Shown: one piece after another, positions 38,913-50,644 of the stretch
Numbering within the stretch: the first letter of the stretch is position 1
How the letters are laid out: each line of letters opens with the position of its first letter
From: Acaryochloridaceae cyanobacterium VAR_48_metabat_390
Lineage (GTDB): Bacteria; Cyanobacteriota; Cyanobacteriia; Thermosynechococcales; Thermosynechococcaceae
Assembly (NCBI GenBank): GCA_031422435.1
Contig: JANPLU010000020.1
Coordinates: 15,898-79,897 of the forward strand
Reading direction: 5' to 3'
DNA: 64,000 nucleotides
Program-made: the position numbers and the translations under genes
Notes under the pieces: model-generated
What the model was told of the DNA's origin: nothing
The model's database searches: none
The model's input: only the letters and a program-made list of their open reading frames with translations

Positions 38913-39968
38913 CTAAGCGATCGCACTCAGCTCTGGCCAGCGACCCATCGCACGACCAAACACAGACAGTTCTTTCATAAGCTGATCAAACTGATCTGGT
39001 GTAAGAGACTGCGGCCCATCGGACAATGCTTTGGAGGGATTGGGGTGAACTTCAATCATGAGGGAATCGGTTCCGGCGGCGATCGATGCCTTTGCCATAG
39101 ACGGCACATAGCTAGACCACCCTGTCCCGTGGCTGGGGTCAATCATGATAGGCAGATGGGTGAGGGTTCGCAGGACAGGAATCACCGCGAGGTCAATGGT
39201 GTTACGGAGATACTGACGGTCAAAGGTGCGGATGCCCCGCTCACATAGAATGACGTTGGTGTTGCCCTCAGACATGACGTATTCTGCTGCCATCAGCCAG
39301 TCGTCAATGGTCGCTGCCATCCCACGCTTGAGCAGTACGGGCTTATCTTGGGCACCTACCCGCTTGAGGAGCGAAAAGTTTTGCATGTTGCGCGCACCCA
39401 CCTGCACTACATCGGCGACTGCCGCAATTTTATCGAGGTCAGCCGCATCCATTACTTCGGTAATAATGCCCAGCCCAGAGGCTTCGCGGGCAGCGGCTAA
39501 TAGCTCTAGCCCACTTTCGCCATGGCCTTGAAAATCGTAGGGAGACGTGCGTGGCTTGTAGGCTCCGCCTCTTAAAAACGAAGCGCCTGCTGCCTTTACT
39601 CGCAGCGCTGTTTCAATAATCATCGCTTCGTTTTCTACCGAGCAAGGACCAGCGACCACCACCAGCGGATGATGTTCGCCGATGGTAATGACCCCATTTG
39701 GGGTGGGCACTTTAACTTCACTGGCTTCGCCGTGGTGGAACTCACGGCTAACGCGCTTAAAGGGTTTTTCGACGCGCAATACTTTCTCAATCCAGGGGCT
39801 TGCATCTTGGATGGCATCTGGATCTAGAGATCGCGTTTCGCCAACTAGTCCAATGACCACCTTATGACTGCCCACAATCTTTTCTGGCGTAAACCCTCGG
39901 CTGATCATCTCTTGACAAAGGCGCTCAATCTCTTCAGTGGGGGCACCAGTTTTCATGGCTATGATCAT
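38913..39968 (-). CDS. aroF: DAHP synthase class I-beta (3-deoxy-7-phosphoheptulonate synthase)
   Basis: Start trimmed to MIIAMK; AGPCSVE, GGAYKPRTSPY, GARNMQN, CERGIRTF, DPSHG, EVHP. Confidence 0.92.
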   Translation of the reverse strand: MIIAMKTGAPTEEIERLCQEMISRGFTPEKIVGSHKVVIGLVGETRSLDPDAIQDASPWIEKVLRVEKPFKRVSREFHHGEASEVKVPTPNGVITIGEHHPLVVVAGPCSVENEAMIIETALRVKAAGASFLRGGAYKPRTSPYDFQGHGESGLELLAAAREASGLGIITEVMDAADLDKIAAVADVVQVGARNMQNFSLLKRVGAQDKPVLLKRGMAATIDDWLMAAEYVMSEGNTNVILCERGIRTFDRQYLRNTIDLAVIPVLRTLTHLPIMIDPSHGTGWSSYVPSMAKASIAAGTDSLMIEVHPNPSKALSDGPQSLTPDQFDQLMKELSVFGRAMGRWPELSAIA

Positions 39969-40101
39969 TGAGTTCATCCTTTTGTAATTCGTCAGCGTCT
40001 CAAAGACACAAGTTTTGAAAGGTATCTGTATCCTATTTCTTATAATAGTGTTCTCATCTAAATCTGATGGGCAATTTCTGCTTAACTCAAATAAAACTGC
40101 C

Positions 40102-40713
40102 GTGCCTGCTTCTGCTACCACCGCCACTCTACCTACCATCAAATTCCTCAAACAGCCTACGTCTCAAGCCTGGATAGATCAGGCGATCGCCCATCTTGAC
40201 ATCATCTTGTTAGACCACTCCCACTGCGAACGTAAAGCGGTGGGGGTTGCCCTCAACCTGATGTTTCGTTACCCAGCTCACGCAAAACTGGTGCGGCAGC
40301 TTACGGCGATCGCCCAAGAAGAACTAGAGCATTTTGAATTAGTCAACCAATGGCTAGAACAGCGCAAGATTGCAATGGCGGCACTCCCCGCACCACCCTA
40401 CGGCGCCAGTCTCAACGCTCACATCCGCCGAGCAGAACCAGACCGACTGATGGATACGCTGTTAGTTTCAGCACTCATTGAAGCCCGTAGCCACGAACGC
40501 TTAGGGTTATTGGCGCAGCACTGCCCTGATGCTGATCTGGCAAAGTTTTACCACGCGCTGATGGCTTCAGAAGCTAGACATTACGGCATTTACTGGGTGT
40601 TAGCCAATACCTACTGCAATCCGTCTGCCGTGATGATCCGCTTAGAAGCCCTTTCGGTACTTGAGAGCGACATTCTAGCCACCCTTCATCCTGAGCCACG
40701 GATTCATAGTTGA
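40102..40713 (+). CDS. miaE: tRNA-(ms2io6A) hydroxylase MiaE (ferritin-like)
   Basis: LDHSHCERKA, EELEHF, IEARSHER, SEARH, EPRIHS; start trimmed to GTG 40102. Confidence 0.9.
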   Translation: MPASATTATLPTIKFLKQPTSQAWIDQAIAHLDIILLDHSHCERKAVGVALNLMFRYPAHAKLVRQLTAIAQEELEHFELVNQWLEQRKIAMAALPAPPYGASLNAHIRRAEPDRLMDTLLVSALIEARSHERLGLLAQHCPDADLAKFYHALMASEARHYGIYWVLANTYCNPSAVMIRLEALSVLESDILATLHPEPRIHS

Positions 40714-41207
40714 TGCACAGCATTTTTAGGCACTACACCCTTCGAGACTGGGAACCCCGCGATCGCCACCCCGCTGCAACGGTCATTGCAGCCGTATTAG
40801 AAGAGTATGGGTTGGGCTGGGATCCTGAAGGCGCAGACCGAGACGTATTGGCAGTCGAAGCCTGCTATCTCGAAGCGGGAGGAGAATTTTGGGTGATTGA
40901 AAAAAGTGGGGAAATCGTGGGCACAGGCGCCTACTACCCCATTTCTCGAGGTAACAACGCCGTAGAAATTCGCAAGATGTATTTACTGCCGACATCGCGA
41001 GGGCAAGGCTTAGGACATTTTTTATTGCAGCAGCTAGAAGGGGCGATCGCCGCCCGTCACTACCGCGAAATCTGGATCGAAACCGCCTCCGTTTTAGCCG
41101 AAGCCGTTCAGCTCTACGAACGTAATGGCTATAGCCCAGCGACAGGGGTTGAAACTGCTCGATGCGATCGCGTTTACTGCAAAGTGCTACATAGCATTCC
41201 TGAGTAA
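40710..41207 (+). CDS. GNAT N-acetyltransferase
   Basis: VL.EYGL, EIRKMYL...RGQGLG, ETASVL.EAV.LY. Confidence 0.85.
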   Translation: MMHSIFRHYTLRDWEPRDRHPAATVIAAVLEEYGLGWDPEGADRDVLAVEACYLEAGGEFWVIEKSGEIVGTGAYYPISRGNNAVEIRKMYLLPTSRGQGLGHFLLQQLEGAIAARHYREIWIETASVLAEAVQLYERNGYSPATGVETARCDRVYCKVLHSIPE

Positions 41208-41561
41208 TGGTGGGTACCGCCCCAGGGAGCCAGAAGCTCAACCTACTGCTGCTAAATTTTGGCTGCCATAGTGCCCATCATGAGTTAATAAAGTGTCTTT
41301 GGCATAGTCTTTAGGAGTGAGATCACGAACGCTACACAGGGCAAGAAGTTTACTACATCACCTTGCCAGAGCGACTGTCAAACTATCACCGCCTTCGGGT
41401 TTTCTGCATTTTTTAGGTCAAGGTCAGGTTGTGAATGAGGCAGATGTGTCCTAGCGAGACACGTTTTATAGTGGAACAGAAGTTTCCTTTCTGGGACTGA
41501 CCTCTTAAGAGAAGGAGAAAACGATTTTGATAACTCCTAGCCCTTTAAAATTCAATCTTTT

Positions 41562-42464
41562 GTGACTCAACTAAAACCGATATTGAAATCAAGCCCTGCC
41601 TCGCTAGGGGTTGTTTTTGCGATCGCCACGGCATTCTGCTTTGGGCTAAGTACGCCTCTCGCAAAATATTTCTTAAGTGAGGTTCAGCCCTGGACTTTAG
41701 CTGGATTGATGTATTTGGGTGGTGGGTTAGGTCTCATTCCAATCTATTTTGTACGGAACCGCATTCAACGTTCTACTGACTCTCTGAGACGAGAAGACTG
41801 GCCGATTTTACTGGGGTCAATGGTGGCAGGGGGCATGGCTGCTCCTATTTTGCTAATGACGGGTCTAGAGCATACTTCAGCTTCGGTGGCGTCCTTACTC
41901 TTAAACTTTGAGAGCGTTTTTACGGCGTTGGTGGCTTGGACTATCTTTAAAGAAGCTTGGCATTGGCAAGTGCTAGTCGGCATTCTGGTCATTACGACAG
42001 GCGGTATTCTCGTCTCCCATTCGGGTCAATCCTCCGTCGCTCTATCCTGGGGCGCACTGGCAATTTTAGGAACCTGCCTTGCTTGGGCGGTTGACAGTAA
42101 CTTCACGGCACAAATATCCCATCGAGACCCCCTTGAGGTGGCAATCTTCAAAAGTGGCGGTGCGGGGTTGCTCAATACGGTGATCGCTTGGCTTATGGGG
42201 CAACCCTGGCCTCCAATGCCAGTTCTATGGCAGATCTTGGGTGCGGGGTTTGTGGGCTATGGCCTAACCTACTGCTCTTTTGTAATGGCTTTACGAAATA
42301 TTGGCGCATCCCGGACGGGCGCTTTTTTTGCGTTGTCTCCTTTGGTAGGGGTGGCGATCGCCATTCTATTTTTAGAAGAGCCGCTGACGACCGCAATCGT
42401 TATTGCTGCGGGACTAATGACCATTGGAGCAACCCTATGTGCTTTAGCACCCGCACAGGGGTAG
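41562..42464 (+). CDS. DMT/EamA family transporter
   Basis: About 10 TM; ASLLLNFESVFTA, WAVDSNFT, IGASRTGAFF. Confidence 0.87.
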   Translation: MTQLKPILKSSPASLGVVFAIATAFCFGLSTPLAKYFLSEVQPWTLAGLMYLGGGLGLIPIYFVRNRIQRSTDSLRREDWPILLGSMVAGGMAAPILLMTGLEHTSASVASLLLNFESVFTALVAWTIFKEAWHWQVLVGILVITTGGILVSHSGQSSVALSWGALAILGTCLAWAVDSNFTAQISHRDPLEVAIFKSGGAGLLNTVIAWLMGQPWPPMPVLWQILGAGFVGYGLTYCSFVMALRNIGASRTGAFFALSPLVGVAIAILFLEEPLTTAIVIAAGLMTIGATLCALAPAQG

Positions 42465-42694
42465 CTCAAAGTAGGGCGTCAATAGCTAGAGATAACGTAG
42501 ACCATCCCTACGGTAAGGGCGTAGCGGACTCACTGCTGATCGCGATCTCAATAGGTGATCGCGGCCTTGTGCTCACGGCTGTTTGCCTCTATCGCAGAAT
42601 CGCTAACATCTCCTGTCTTAAAGCCGCAGACAACCCGATACTATTAGAAAATCAGCAGCAGCTTGCCCATTCGTTGCATCGGAGAACAGCGTAG

Positions 42695-44329
<1,635 letters not shown>

Positions 44330-44362
44330 TCCGCTCAACTAAGCGAGCCATGCGTGGCATTT

Positions 44363-44428
44363 GTAGGGGCAGGTTTCGTTAAAGCCATAGAGGTCACATC
44401 CCAAAAGCTTTTGCAAAGCCTGCCCTTC
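44363..44428. repeat. REP/REPIN-like inverted repeat, copy 2
   Basis: GTAGGGGCAGGTTT ... AAAGCCTGCCCTTC between convergent genes. Confidence 0.55.
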
Positions 44429-44433
44429 TTGTC

Positions 44434-45321
44434 TTATGACCAAGCACAAAGCGTAATAATTGTGACCTCTGGAGGACAGAAAAACCGTCCAGGTAGATGG
44501 GTTCCCAAGCCTCGATTCACATACAGCAAATTTTCGCCTACCCGATGTAGACCCTGCGCCCAGTCCCAGTTTTGAACCACCTTATCGCAGTTTTTGGTCA
44601 AAGGCTTCATCCATCGCCTGACAGACGGACTGCTGCGCTTTCGGATCTGTTTTAGACCCGTCACCATTGGTCCAAAGCCTGGTAGAACAACCTCTCCGCC
44701 GTGGGTATGTCCAGAGAGCTGAAGGTCAACACGCCACTGTTTCAATGGTTTGGCGCTGTCAGGGTTATGGGAAAGCACAATGCGCGGGGTTTGCTTGGGC
44801 ACCTGATCCATCACAGGCTTCGGGTTAAAGCGCGGCGACCAGTAATCTCGTAAGCCGACGAGAGCAAGCCCCGCGCCAAAGGGGTAAATCGTCTCGTCCC
44901 ACAGTACCCGAATGCCAACCTCGGTCATGGCGTGTGTGACCATTTTCTGTGAATGTGGCTGGCAGAGGTCGTGGTTGCCCAGAATTGCGTAGCAACCCCA
45001 CTCACTTTTGAGCGCTTTAAGATGCTGGGCGAGGGGATAAATGGGGCGAGGGTCGTCTGTAACATAGTCGCCTGTCAAAAATATGGCATCTGGATGAGCT
45101 GCATTGGTAACGGCGATCGCCTCTTCCAAAAGCCGTTCCGAGAGCCGCACCCCATCAAAATGAAAATCTGAAAGCTGTACAACGGTAAGTCCGTCAAGTC
45201 CAGTCGGCAACCCTCGGATGGGAACCTTAACCCGCTCTACGCTCAGCGGCCCAGCGATTCGATCCATTAATTTCAGTTCTCCTGCCCAAGTGAGCAACGG
45301 CTGCGTCTTCATACAGCCCAT
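44434..45321 (-). CDS. Calcineurin-like metallophosphoesterase (YkuE-like)
   Basis: SDFH, TGDY, GNHD, SHNPD, SGHTHGG, YVNRGLG. Confidence 0.9.
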   Translation of the reverse strand: MGCMKTQPLLTWAGELKLMDRIAGPLSVERVKVPIRGLPTGLDGLTVVQLSDFHFDGVRLSERLLEEAIAVTNAAHPDAIFLTGDYVTDDPRPIYPLAQHLKALKSEWGCYAILGNHDLCQPHSQKMVTHAMTEVGIRVLWDETIYPFGAGLALVGLRDYWSPRFNPKPVMDQVPKQTPRIVLSHNPDSAKPLKQWRVDLQLSGHTHGGEVVLPGFGPMVTGLKQIRKRSSPSVRRWMKPLTKNCDKVVQNWDWAQGLHRVGENLLYVNRGLGTHLPGRFFCPPEVTIITLCAWS

Positions 45322-45494
45322 AAAAGCTCTATTGAACTGGACAAAGGTTATGACAGCGTGAAGCGGCGTTTATGGATCGTCAGCTTTGAATGTTTTTATT
45401 AGTGTCAGTTTTGTTTGGATGTTGATCGGGTATACCGAAGTCCATCTTTCACATAGGCTACAATAGAGCATTACATATCTTGGAATTCTCAAAC

Positions 45495-45806
45495 ATGTCA
45501 ATTTACGTTGGTAATCTCTCCTATGAGGTTACGCAAGAAGACCTCACCACTACTTTTGCTGAATACGGCTCCGTCAAAAGAGTCCAGCTCCCTACCGACC
45601 GCGAAACCGGTCGGCTACGTGGGTTCGCCTTTGTCGAAATGGGCAGCGACGCTGAAGAAGAAAAGGCGATCGCCGAACTCGACGGCGCTGAGTGGATGGG
45701 TCGCAGCCTGAAAGTCAATAAGGCTAAGCCCCGTGAAGATAACCGAGGCGGCGGCGGTGGCGGCGGCAGCTTTGGCGGCGGCGGTGGTGGCGGCCGACGA
45801 TACTAA
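45495..45806 (+). CDS. rbp: RRM RNA-binding protein with Gly-rich tail (Rbp family)
   Basis: MSIYVGNLSY, RGFAFVEM, LDGAEWMGR.LKVNKA, (GGC)n tail. Confidence 0.95.
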   Translation: MSIYVGNLSYEVTQEDLTTTFAEYGSVKRVQLPTDRETGRLRGFAFVEMGSDAEEEKAIAELDGAEWMGRSLKVNKAKPREDNRGGGGGGGSFGGGGGGGRRY

Positions 45807-45821
45807 GCCCTAAGCTTTTGT

Positions 45822-45877
45822 AAAAAAGGGCGATCGCACTGTTTCAGTTAGTATCTGGCAGTGCGCTCGCTCTTTTT
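45822..45877. terminator. Bidirectional terminator between rbp and hisB
   Basis: A-tract, GGGCGATCGCACTG...CAGTGCGCTCGCTC, T-tract. Confidence 0.7.
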
Positions 45878-45942
45878 GTATCATCTTTTCCCGCAATCTA
45901 TTGAAGAATGCACCTTGCACCTCAGCTCAATTTATCCAAGCT

Positions 45943-46572
45943 TCACAAAATGCCCTTAGAGCTTGGGATTTCATGCTGGCGACGCGGATCAATTTCAACT
46001 GCCATGCGAACCGATCTCGCAAACGCCTTAAACGTCGCTTCAATAATGTGGTGAGAGTTGATGCCGTCGAGCTGACGGATGTGAAGCGTCATCTGGCTGT
46101 GGTTCACAATCGCCACAAAAAACTCCCGCACCAACTGCGTATCATAGGTGCCCACCCGCTGCGTCGGGATCTCTAGCCCATAGCTCAGATGCGGACGACC
46201 CGAAAAATCGAGCGCCACCTGTACCAAAGACTCATCCAATGGCGCAACAAAGTGACCAAAGCGCTGAATGCCCTTGCGATCGCCCAATGCCCTTGCGATC
46301 GCCTGCCCTAGGGTAATGCCCACATCTTCATTGGTGTGATGGTCATCAATATGCACATCCCCCGTCGCCTGCACCGATAAATCCAGCAGTCCATGAGCCG
46401 TAATTTGATCCAGCATGTGATCTAAAAACGGAACACCCGTATGGTTATTTGCTTTCCCCGTGCCGTCTAGGTTGATCGACACCGAAACGTCGGTTTCATT
46501 GGTTGCACGACGCACCGAAGCAGTTCGACCAGACGCAACGGAAAAAGCAATGGGGTTCTCTTGGGTTTGCAT
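45943..46572 (-). CDS. hisB: Imidazoleglycerol-phosphate dehydratase
   Basis: [26 protein letters not shown]; start trimmed to MQTQ. Confidence 0.95.
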   Translation of the reverse strand: MQTQENPIAFSVASGRTASVRRATNETDVSVSINLDGTGKANNHTGVPFLDHMLDQITAHGLLDLSVQATGDVHIDDHHTNEDVGITLGQAIARALGDRKGIQRFGHFVAPLDESLVQVALDFSGRPHLSYGLEIPTQRVGTYDTQLVREFFVAIVNHSQMTLHIRQLDGINSHHIIEATFKAFARSVRMAVEIDPRRQHEIPSSKGIL

Positions 46573-46721
46573 GGTGTTGAGCAGCATAGTGACAATACTG
46601 GCTTTATTATCCTGCAAAAAAGACGGCGATCGCTTTGGCTCTAGAGAGAACGCTCAAACTGTCGCTCAAGATTGTGGGTTAAATAACTTAGAGAAGTGGA
46701 GAGAAGTTATCCACCTTGCAC

Positions 46722-46809
46722 ACCCTCATCTCCTAAACCCTTGTCCCGCAGCGGAAGGAGGATCAGACTTTTTCTCCCTCTCTCTGGGGAGAGGGTTGGG
46801 GTGAGGGGC
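46722..46809. repeat. Dispersed cyanobacterial MITE-like double-hairpin repeat
   Basis: ACCCTCATCTCCTAAACCCTTGTCCC ... CTCCCTCTCTCTGGGGAGAGGGTTGGGGTGAGGGG with terminal complementarity. Confidence 0.6.
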
Positions 46810-46837
46810 AAACGTTGAGGTTATTTAATCCATAATC

Positions 46838-47836
46838 CTAAAGGTCTTTCAAATGTAGCCTTGGGTTATAGCTGCGACTTGCCGCTATTTTTTCATAACA
46901 CTCACGCTCAAGAGTGCTGAGATCCTTCGGCGGCACAATCTGAATTTTGAGGATCTGATCGCCATGACCGCCCTTAGAAAGTGGCCAACCTTTACCGCGT
47001 AGCCGCAGCGACTGACCCGACTTAACCCCTGCCGGAATATTGACCTGTACGATCCCCGTGGGCGTGGGCACATCTATTTTGGTTCCCAGCACGGCTTCAT
47101 CGGGTGCGATAGGCAACTCACATACAAGCTGATCGCCCTCAAACTTAAAGAAAGTATGGGGCTGTAGCTTCACATTTAAATAGAGATCGCCACGGGTTTG
47201 AGTCATCGGGTTAAGCTGCCCCTTCCCTCGTAGCCGAATGCGGCTTCCCGCCTTTGCCCCTGCCGGAATTCGCACGGTCAGATTTTCTTGAGTGCTCAGC
47301 AATAAACGCTTTTCAGTTCCCTTCAGGGCTTCAGCAAACGTGAGCGTAATTTCTGCTTCTGCATCGGCAGAGACATTTCTTGGGGGGAACCCGCCGCCAA
47401 ACCCACCAAAGTTTTCAAACCCAAATCCGCCGCCGCCGCCACCAGGCATACCCGTGGTAGTGCGGTAGGATCTGGAGCCGCCGCCACCTCCTGCACCGCC
47501 GCTAAACCGTCCTAGCAGCTCATTAATAAATTCATCAAAGTTACCGTACTGTCCAAAATCTGTATCAAAGCCGCCCGCGCCGCCTGGGAATCCACCGTCC
47601 ATTTGCCGCCAGTATTGACCAAACTGATCGTATTTTTTGCGCTTATCGAGATCTGAGAGGACTTCGTAGGCTTCGTTAATTTCCTTAAACTTTGCTTCTG
47701 CAACCGTGTCATTGGGATGCAGGTCAGGGTGATACTGACGGGCTAGCTTGCGAAATGCTTTTTTAATATCAGACTCACTGGCCGACTTACCTACCCCAAG
47801 AATTTGGTAATAGTCCTTAAAATCTGTTGCTGGCAT
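46838..47836 (-). CDS. DnaJ class B protein (CbpA-like)
   Basis: J domain with HPD, G/F-rich linker, DnaJ C-terminal domain, no zinc finger. Confidence 0.9.
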   Translation of the reverse strand: MPATDFKDYYQILGVGKSASESDIKKAFRKLARQYHPDLHPNDTVAEAKFKEINEAYEVLSDLDKRKKYDQFGQYWRQMDGGFPGGAGGFDTDFGQYGNFDEFINELLGRFSGGAGGGGGSRSYRTTTGMPGGGGGGFGFENFGGFGGGFPPRNVSADAEAEITLTFAEALKGTEKRLLLSTQENLTVRIPAGAKAGSRIRLRGKGQLNPMTQTRGDLYLNVKLQPHTFFKFEGDQLVCELPIAPDEAVLGTKIDVPTPTGIVQVNIPAGVKSGQSLRLRGKGWPLSKGGHGDQILKIQIVPPKDLSTLERECYEKIAASRSYNPRLHLKDL

Positions 47837-47935
47837 GGGTCGAATCTCCCTTGAAAGAAGTCGTTAGAACGGCAGTGAAAATAAGCATATGCGGGGTCGG
47901 AGTCTAGCGCTTTATTTAAGATAGCCCATAGAGAA

Positions 47936-47970
47936 AGCTCTGCACTTCTTATCACGGAAGGTGCAGAGCT
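47936..47970 (-). terminator. Hairpin downstream of hspA
   Basis: AGCTCTGCACTTC ... GAAGGTGCAGAGCT. Confidence 0.6.
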
Positions 47971-48012
47971 ACGTTGTTCATTGACCGTAAGGAAATATCA
48001 ATGGGCTGAAGA

Positions 48013-48453
48013 TTAGTTCAGCTCAACCTTAAAGGTCTTTTGCTTGTCACCTTCTGCTTTAGGCAAGGTTAGGGTTAAGATGCCGTCCTTATATTCAGCC
48101 TGGGTTTTGTCATTGACCACACGAGCCGAAAGCGGCACAATCCGCTGGAAGCGACCGTAGCGGAACTCAGAGCGAGTCACGCTGTTTTCCTCCGATTCAG
48201 TCTGGGACTTGCGCTCTCCGCTGATGGAGACAGATTTTGAAGAAACCTGAATATCCAGGTCTTTTGCGTCAAGTCCGGGCAGCTCTAGCTTGAGGTAAAT
48301 TGCTTCTGGAGTTTCCTTAAGTTCAGCAGCTGGCATAAAGGCCAGATCATCAAATCCCCTTTGCTGCGCGGGCGTAAGGCTATCAAACAGGCGATTGACC
48401 TCCCGATGTAAGCCTTCAATCTCTGACAGTGGTGCCCAACGAACAAGTGCCAT
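48013..48453 (-). CDS. hspA: Small heat shock protein Hsp20
   Basis: MALVRW.P, PAAEL.ET, LELPG, SEFRYG.F.R, YKDGIL.LTLPK; GGAGG RBS. Confidence 0.92.
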   Translation of the reverse strand: MALVRWAPLSEIEGLHREVNRLFDSLTPAQQRGFDDLAFMPAAELKETPEAIYLKLELPGLDAKDLDIQVSSKSVSISGERKSQTESEENSVTRSEFRYGRFQRIVPLSARVVNDKTQAEYKDGILTLTLPKAEGDKQKTFKVELN

Positions 48454-48534
48454 AGGTTTACCTCCTGTTTTATCTTTGTGAAATTACCCTATTTGTGGCA
48501 TGTTTTTACTCTATCAATCTGCTTAAAAGACTCG

Positions 48535-48573
48535 GTTCGGTTTTGCGTAAAGGGTTCGGTGAAATAGCCGAAC
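48535..48573. promoter_or_regulatory. K-box/Rre1-like GTTCGG motifs upstream of hspA
   Basis: GTTCGG at 48535 and the inverted pair GTTCGG-N8-CCGAAC at 48554-48573. Confidence 0.6.
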
Positions 48574-48665
48574 TTCGAGAAGTTGATCTATTATTTGCCC
48601 AGTGTGACCTTCAACCAACTCAGACAGTAGACCCCTTGCAGGGTCTGCTTCTGCCGCCGCTGCCG

Positions 48666-50444
48666 CTACCTGGACGGATTATGTTTGAAGTACGCCTCAA
48701 ACACCTTGAGGGCAATGGGACCGCAGGTACTACCGCCACCCCCGCCAGAGTTTTCGGCAAAAGCTACCACGACAATCTCTGGCTTACTGAAAGGCGCAAA
48801 CCCGCCAAACCAAGTATGAGATGGACGCGGTGGATCTTCGCCCGTACCACTTTTCCCTGCTACGGGCGGAATATTTGGCATATTGAGCGCAGTGCTGGTT
48901 CCGGCTTCTACTACGGCTCGCATTCCTGTGCGAATGGTATTGAGGGTCTGGGGCTTAAGGTTTAAAGACTGTCGCCAGCGATCGGCAGCAGCAGCATCAG
49001 ATTTCAGCAGATGAGGCTTCACGCGGTAGCCGCCGTTTGCCGGAACTGCAAACACCACAGCCGTCTGAAGTGGACTTACCTGTACGGCTCCCTGCCCAAT
49101 CGACATCATGACCGAATCCGCTGGGTTCCAATTTTCTTGCCAAACCTTTTTTTTCCAGTCTGGGGTTGGTAAAAAGCCTTCTGCTTCGCCACCAATTTCA
49201 ATTCCGGTTTTTTGACCTAGCCCGAAGCGCTGAGACCAGTCCAGCAGCGTTTTAGAGCCAACGCCAACGCCCACCTGACCAAAAAAGGTGTTGCTACTCC
49301 ACTGGAGCGCTGTTACAAATCCAATGGCTCCAAATCCAGCGCCGTTCCAGTCACCAACCCCATGAATGGAGGGATAGGTCATGAGTACAGTATCGGGAGG
49401 AAATTTTCCAGACTCCATGCCCGCCGTTGCTGTAATAATCTTAAAAGTGCTGGCGGGGGGAAACCCCTGAATAGCACGGTCTACAAACGGAAACGATCGC
49501 TTTTGTAGATCTTGCCACTGGGCTTCGGTCATATTTTTAGAAAACCAGTTGGGGTCAAAGGCCGGATGACTCACCATTGCCAGCACAGACCCATCTCTAG
49601 GATCCATTGCCACAATCGACCCGGAGCGATCGCCCAATGCCGCTTCCGCCGCCTTTTGCACATCTAAATCAAGGGTCAGCGTAATATCCTTGCCGGGTAC
49701 CGTTGGTTTTTGACCCAAAATGCGAACAATCTGCCCTGCGCCGTCCACCTCAACCTGCTGACCGCCCCAGGTGCCCCGTAGCTCCTCTTCATAGGCCGCC
49801 TCAATACCCATTTTGCCAATCACATCGCCCAAACGATAGCCGCGATGCTTTTGCTTTTCGAGTTCTTCTCCGGTAATTTCGCCAATGTAGCCCAACGCCT
49901 GAGCTGCCAACTCTCCCGCAGGGTAAAATCGCGTCGCTTCGTTGTCTACCTCAACCCCCAACAGCTCACTGCGATGCTCTTGAATTGCCACAATTTGAGC
50001 ATAGGAAATACCCCGCGCCACGCGGACTAAAGAGGGAGAATTAACCCCAGCTTTTTCAACCTTCTCTTTAATTTGCGAAGCCGGAATCTCTAAGAGTCTA
50101 GACAGCGTTTTCAAGACTTTCGGCCACTGCTCTTTTTTTTGAACCAGAGGCCACACAAATACGGAGTATGAGAGCTGACTACTGGCCAAAATCCGACCCT
50201 TACGGTCAAAAATTTTGCCCCGCTCTGGGCGTTTGGGAATGAGCTGGATTCGGTTTTCGTCTGCCAGCTCTCGATTGTACGGCCCTTGAACAATCTGCAA
50301 GAAAGCGAGTCGTGCGGGAATGAGTCCAAACAGCAGCAGGCTCACGAGGCCAATTAAAACAATGTTTCGGGGACTTTGCCCAACGGCCTGAGGAGAAGAT
50401 CGATTTGGCGATCGCGGAATGCGTCGAGACTGAAGCAACGTCAT
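48666..50444 (-). CDS. mrdA: Penicillin-binding protein 2
   Basis: RGKIFDR, R.YP, GK.GIE, PASTFK (SxxK), SSN, KSG. Confidence 0.9.
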   Translation of the reverse strand: MTLLQSRRIPRSPNRSSPQAVGQSPRNIVLIGLVSLLLFGLIPARLAFLQIVQGPYNRELADENRIQLIPKRPERGKIFDRKGRILASSQLSYSVFVWPLVQKKEQWPKVLKTLSRLLEIPASQIKEKVEKAGVNSPSLVRVARGISYAQIVAIQEHRSELLGVEVDNEATRFYPAGELAAQALGYIGEITGEELEKQKHRGYRLGDVIGKMGIEAAYEEELRGTWGGQQVEVDGAGQIVRILGQKPTVPGKDITLTLDLDVQKAAEAALGDRSGSIVAMDPRDGSVLAMVSHPAFDPNWFSKNMTEAQWQDLQKRSFPFVDRAIQGFPPASTFKIITATAGMESGKFPPDTVLMTYPSIHGVGDWNGAGFGAIGFVTALQWSSNTFFGQVGVGVGSKTLLDWSQRFGLGQKTGIEIGGEAEGFLPTPDWKKKVWQENWNPADSVMMSIGQGAVQVSPLQTAVVFAVPANGGYRVKPHLLKSDAAAADRWRQSLNLKPQTLNTIRTGMRAVVEAGTSTALNMPNIPPVAGKSGTGEDPPRPSHTWFGGFAPFSKPEIVVVAFAENSGGGGGSTCGPIALKVFEAYFKHNPSR

Positions 50445-50644
50445 TATTGAGGCCGACTAGGAATAATACGCTATACCCAACACTCTAATCTGACCGTTAG
50501 CCTATCGCCAAGTCATGGGTGCGGATCTCTATGTTTTGCCCCAAAACTTTTGCAACGCATCGCATGAGCTGATTTTACGGCGAGATGATAAGCTAGCGGC
50601 ATTGTTAGCCCATATCGTTTTGTGTGGAGTGAACCCATCGCGTC

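Noticed and set aside
39969..40151. Apparent head-to-head overlap of aroF and miaE
   Set aside because: Artefact of longest-ORF start choice; family-typical starts (39968 and ~40102) remove the overlap.
41210..41560. Possible riboswitch ahead of the DMT transporter
   Set aside because: Only short hairpins; no recognisable aptamer consensus. An Rfam scan would be needed.
45408..45490. Cold-induction boxes in the rbp leader (TTTGTTTGG, TACCGAA)
   Set aside because: Only partial matches to remembered boxes; too weak to call.
45745..45796. (GGC/GGT)n repeat
   Set aside because: Encodes the ordinary Gly-rich tail of Rbp.
48495..48965. 156-aa plus-strand ORF and many other 60-170 aa antisense/alternate-frame ORFs
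   Set aside because: Shadow ORFs overlapping well-supported genes, with no recognisable motifs.
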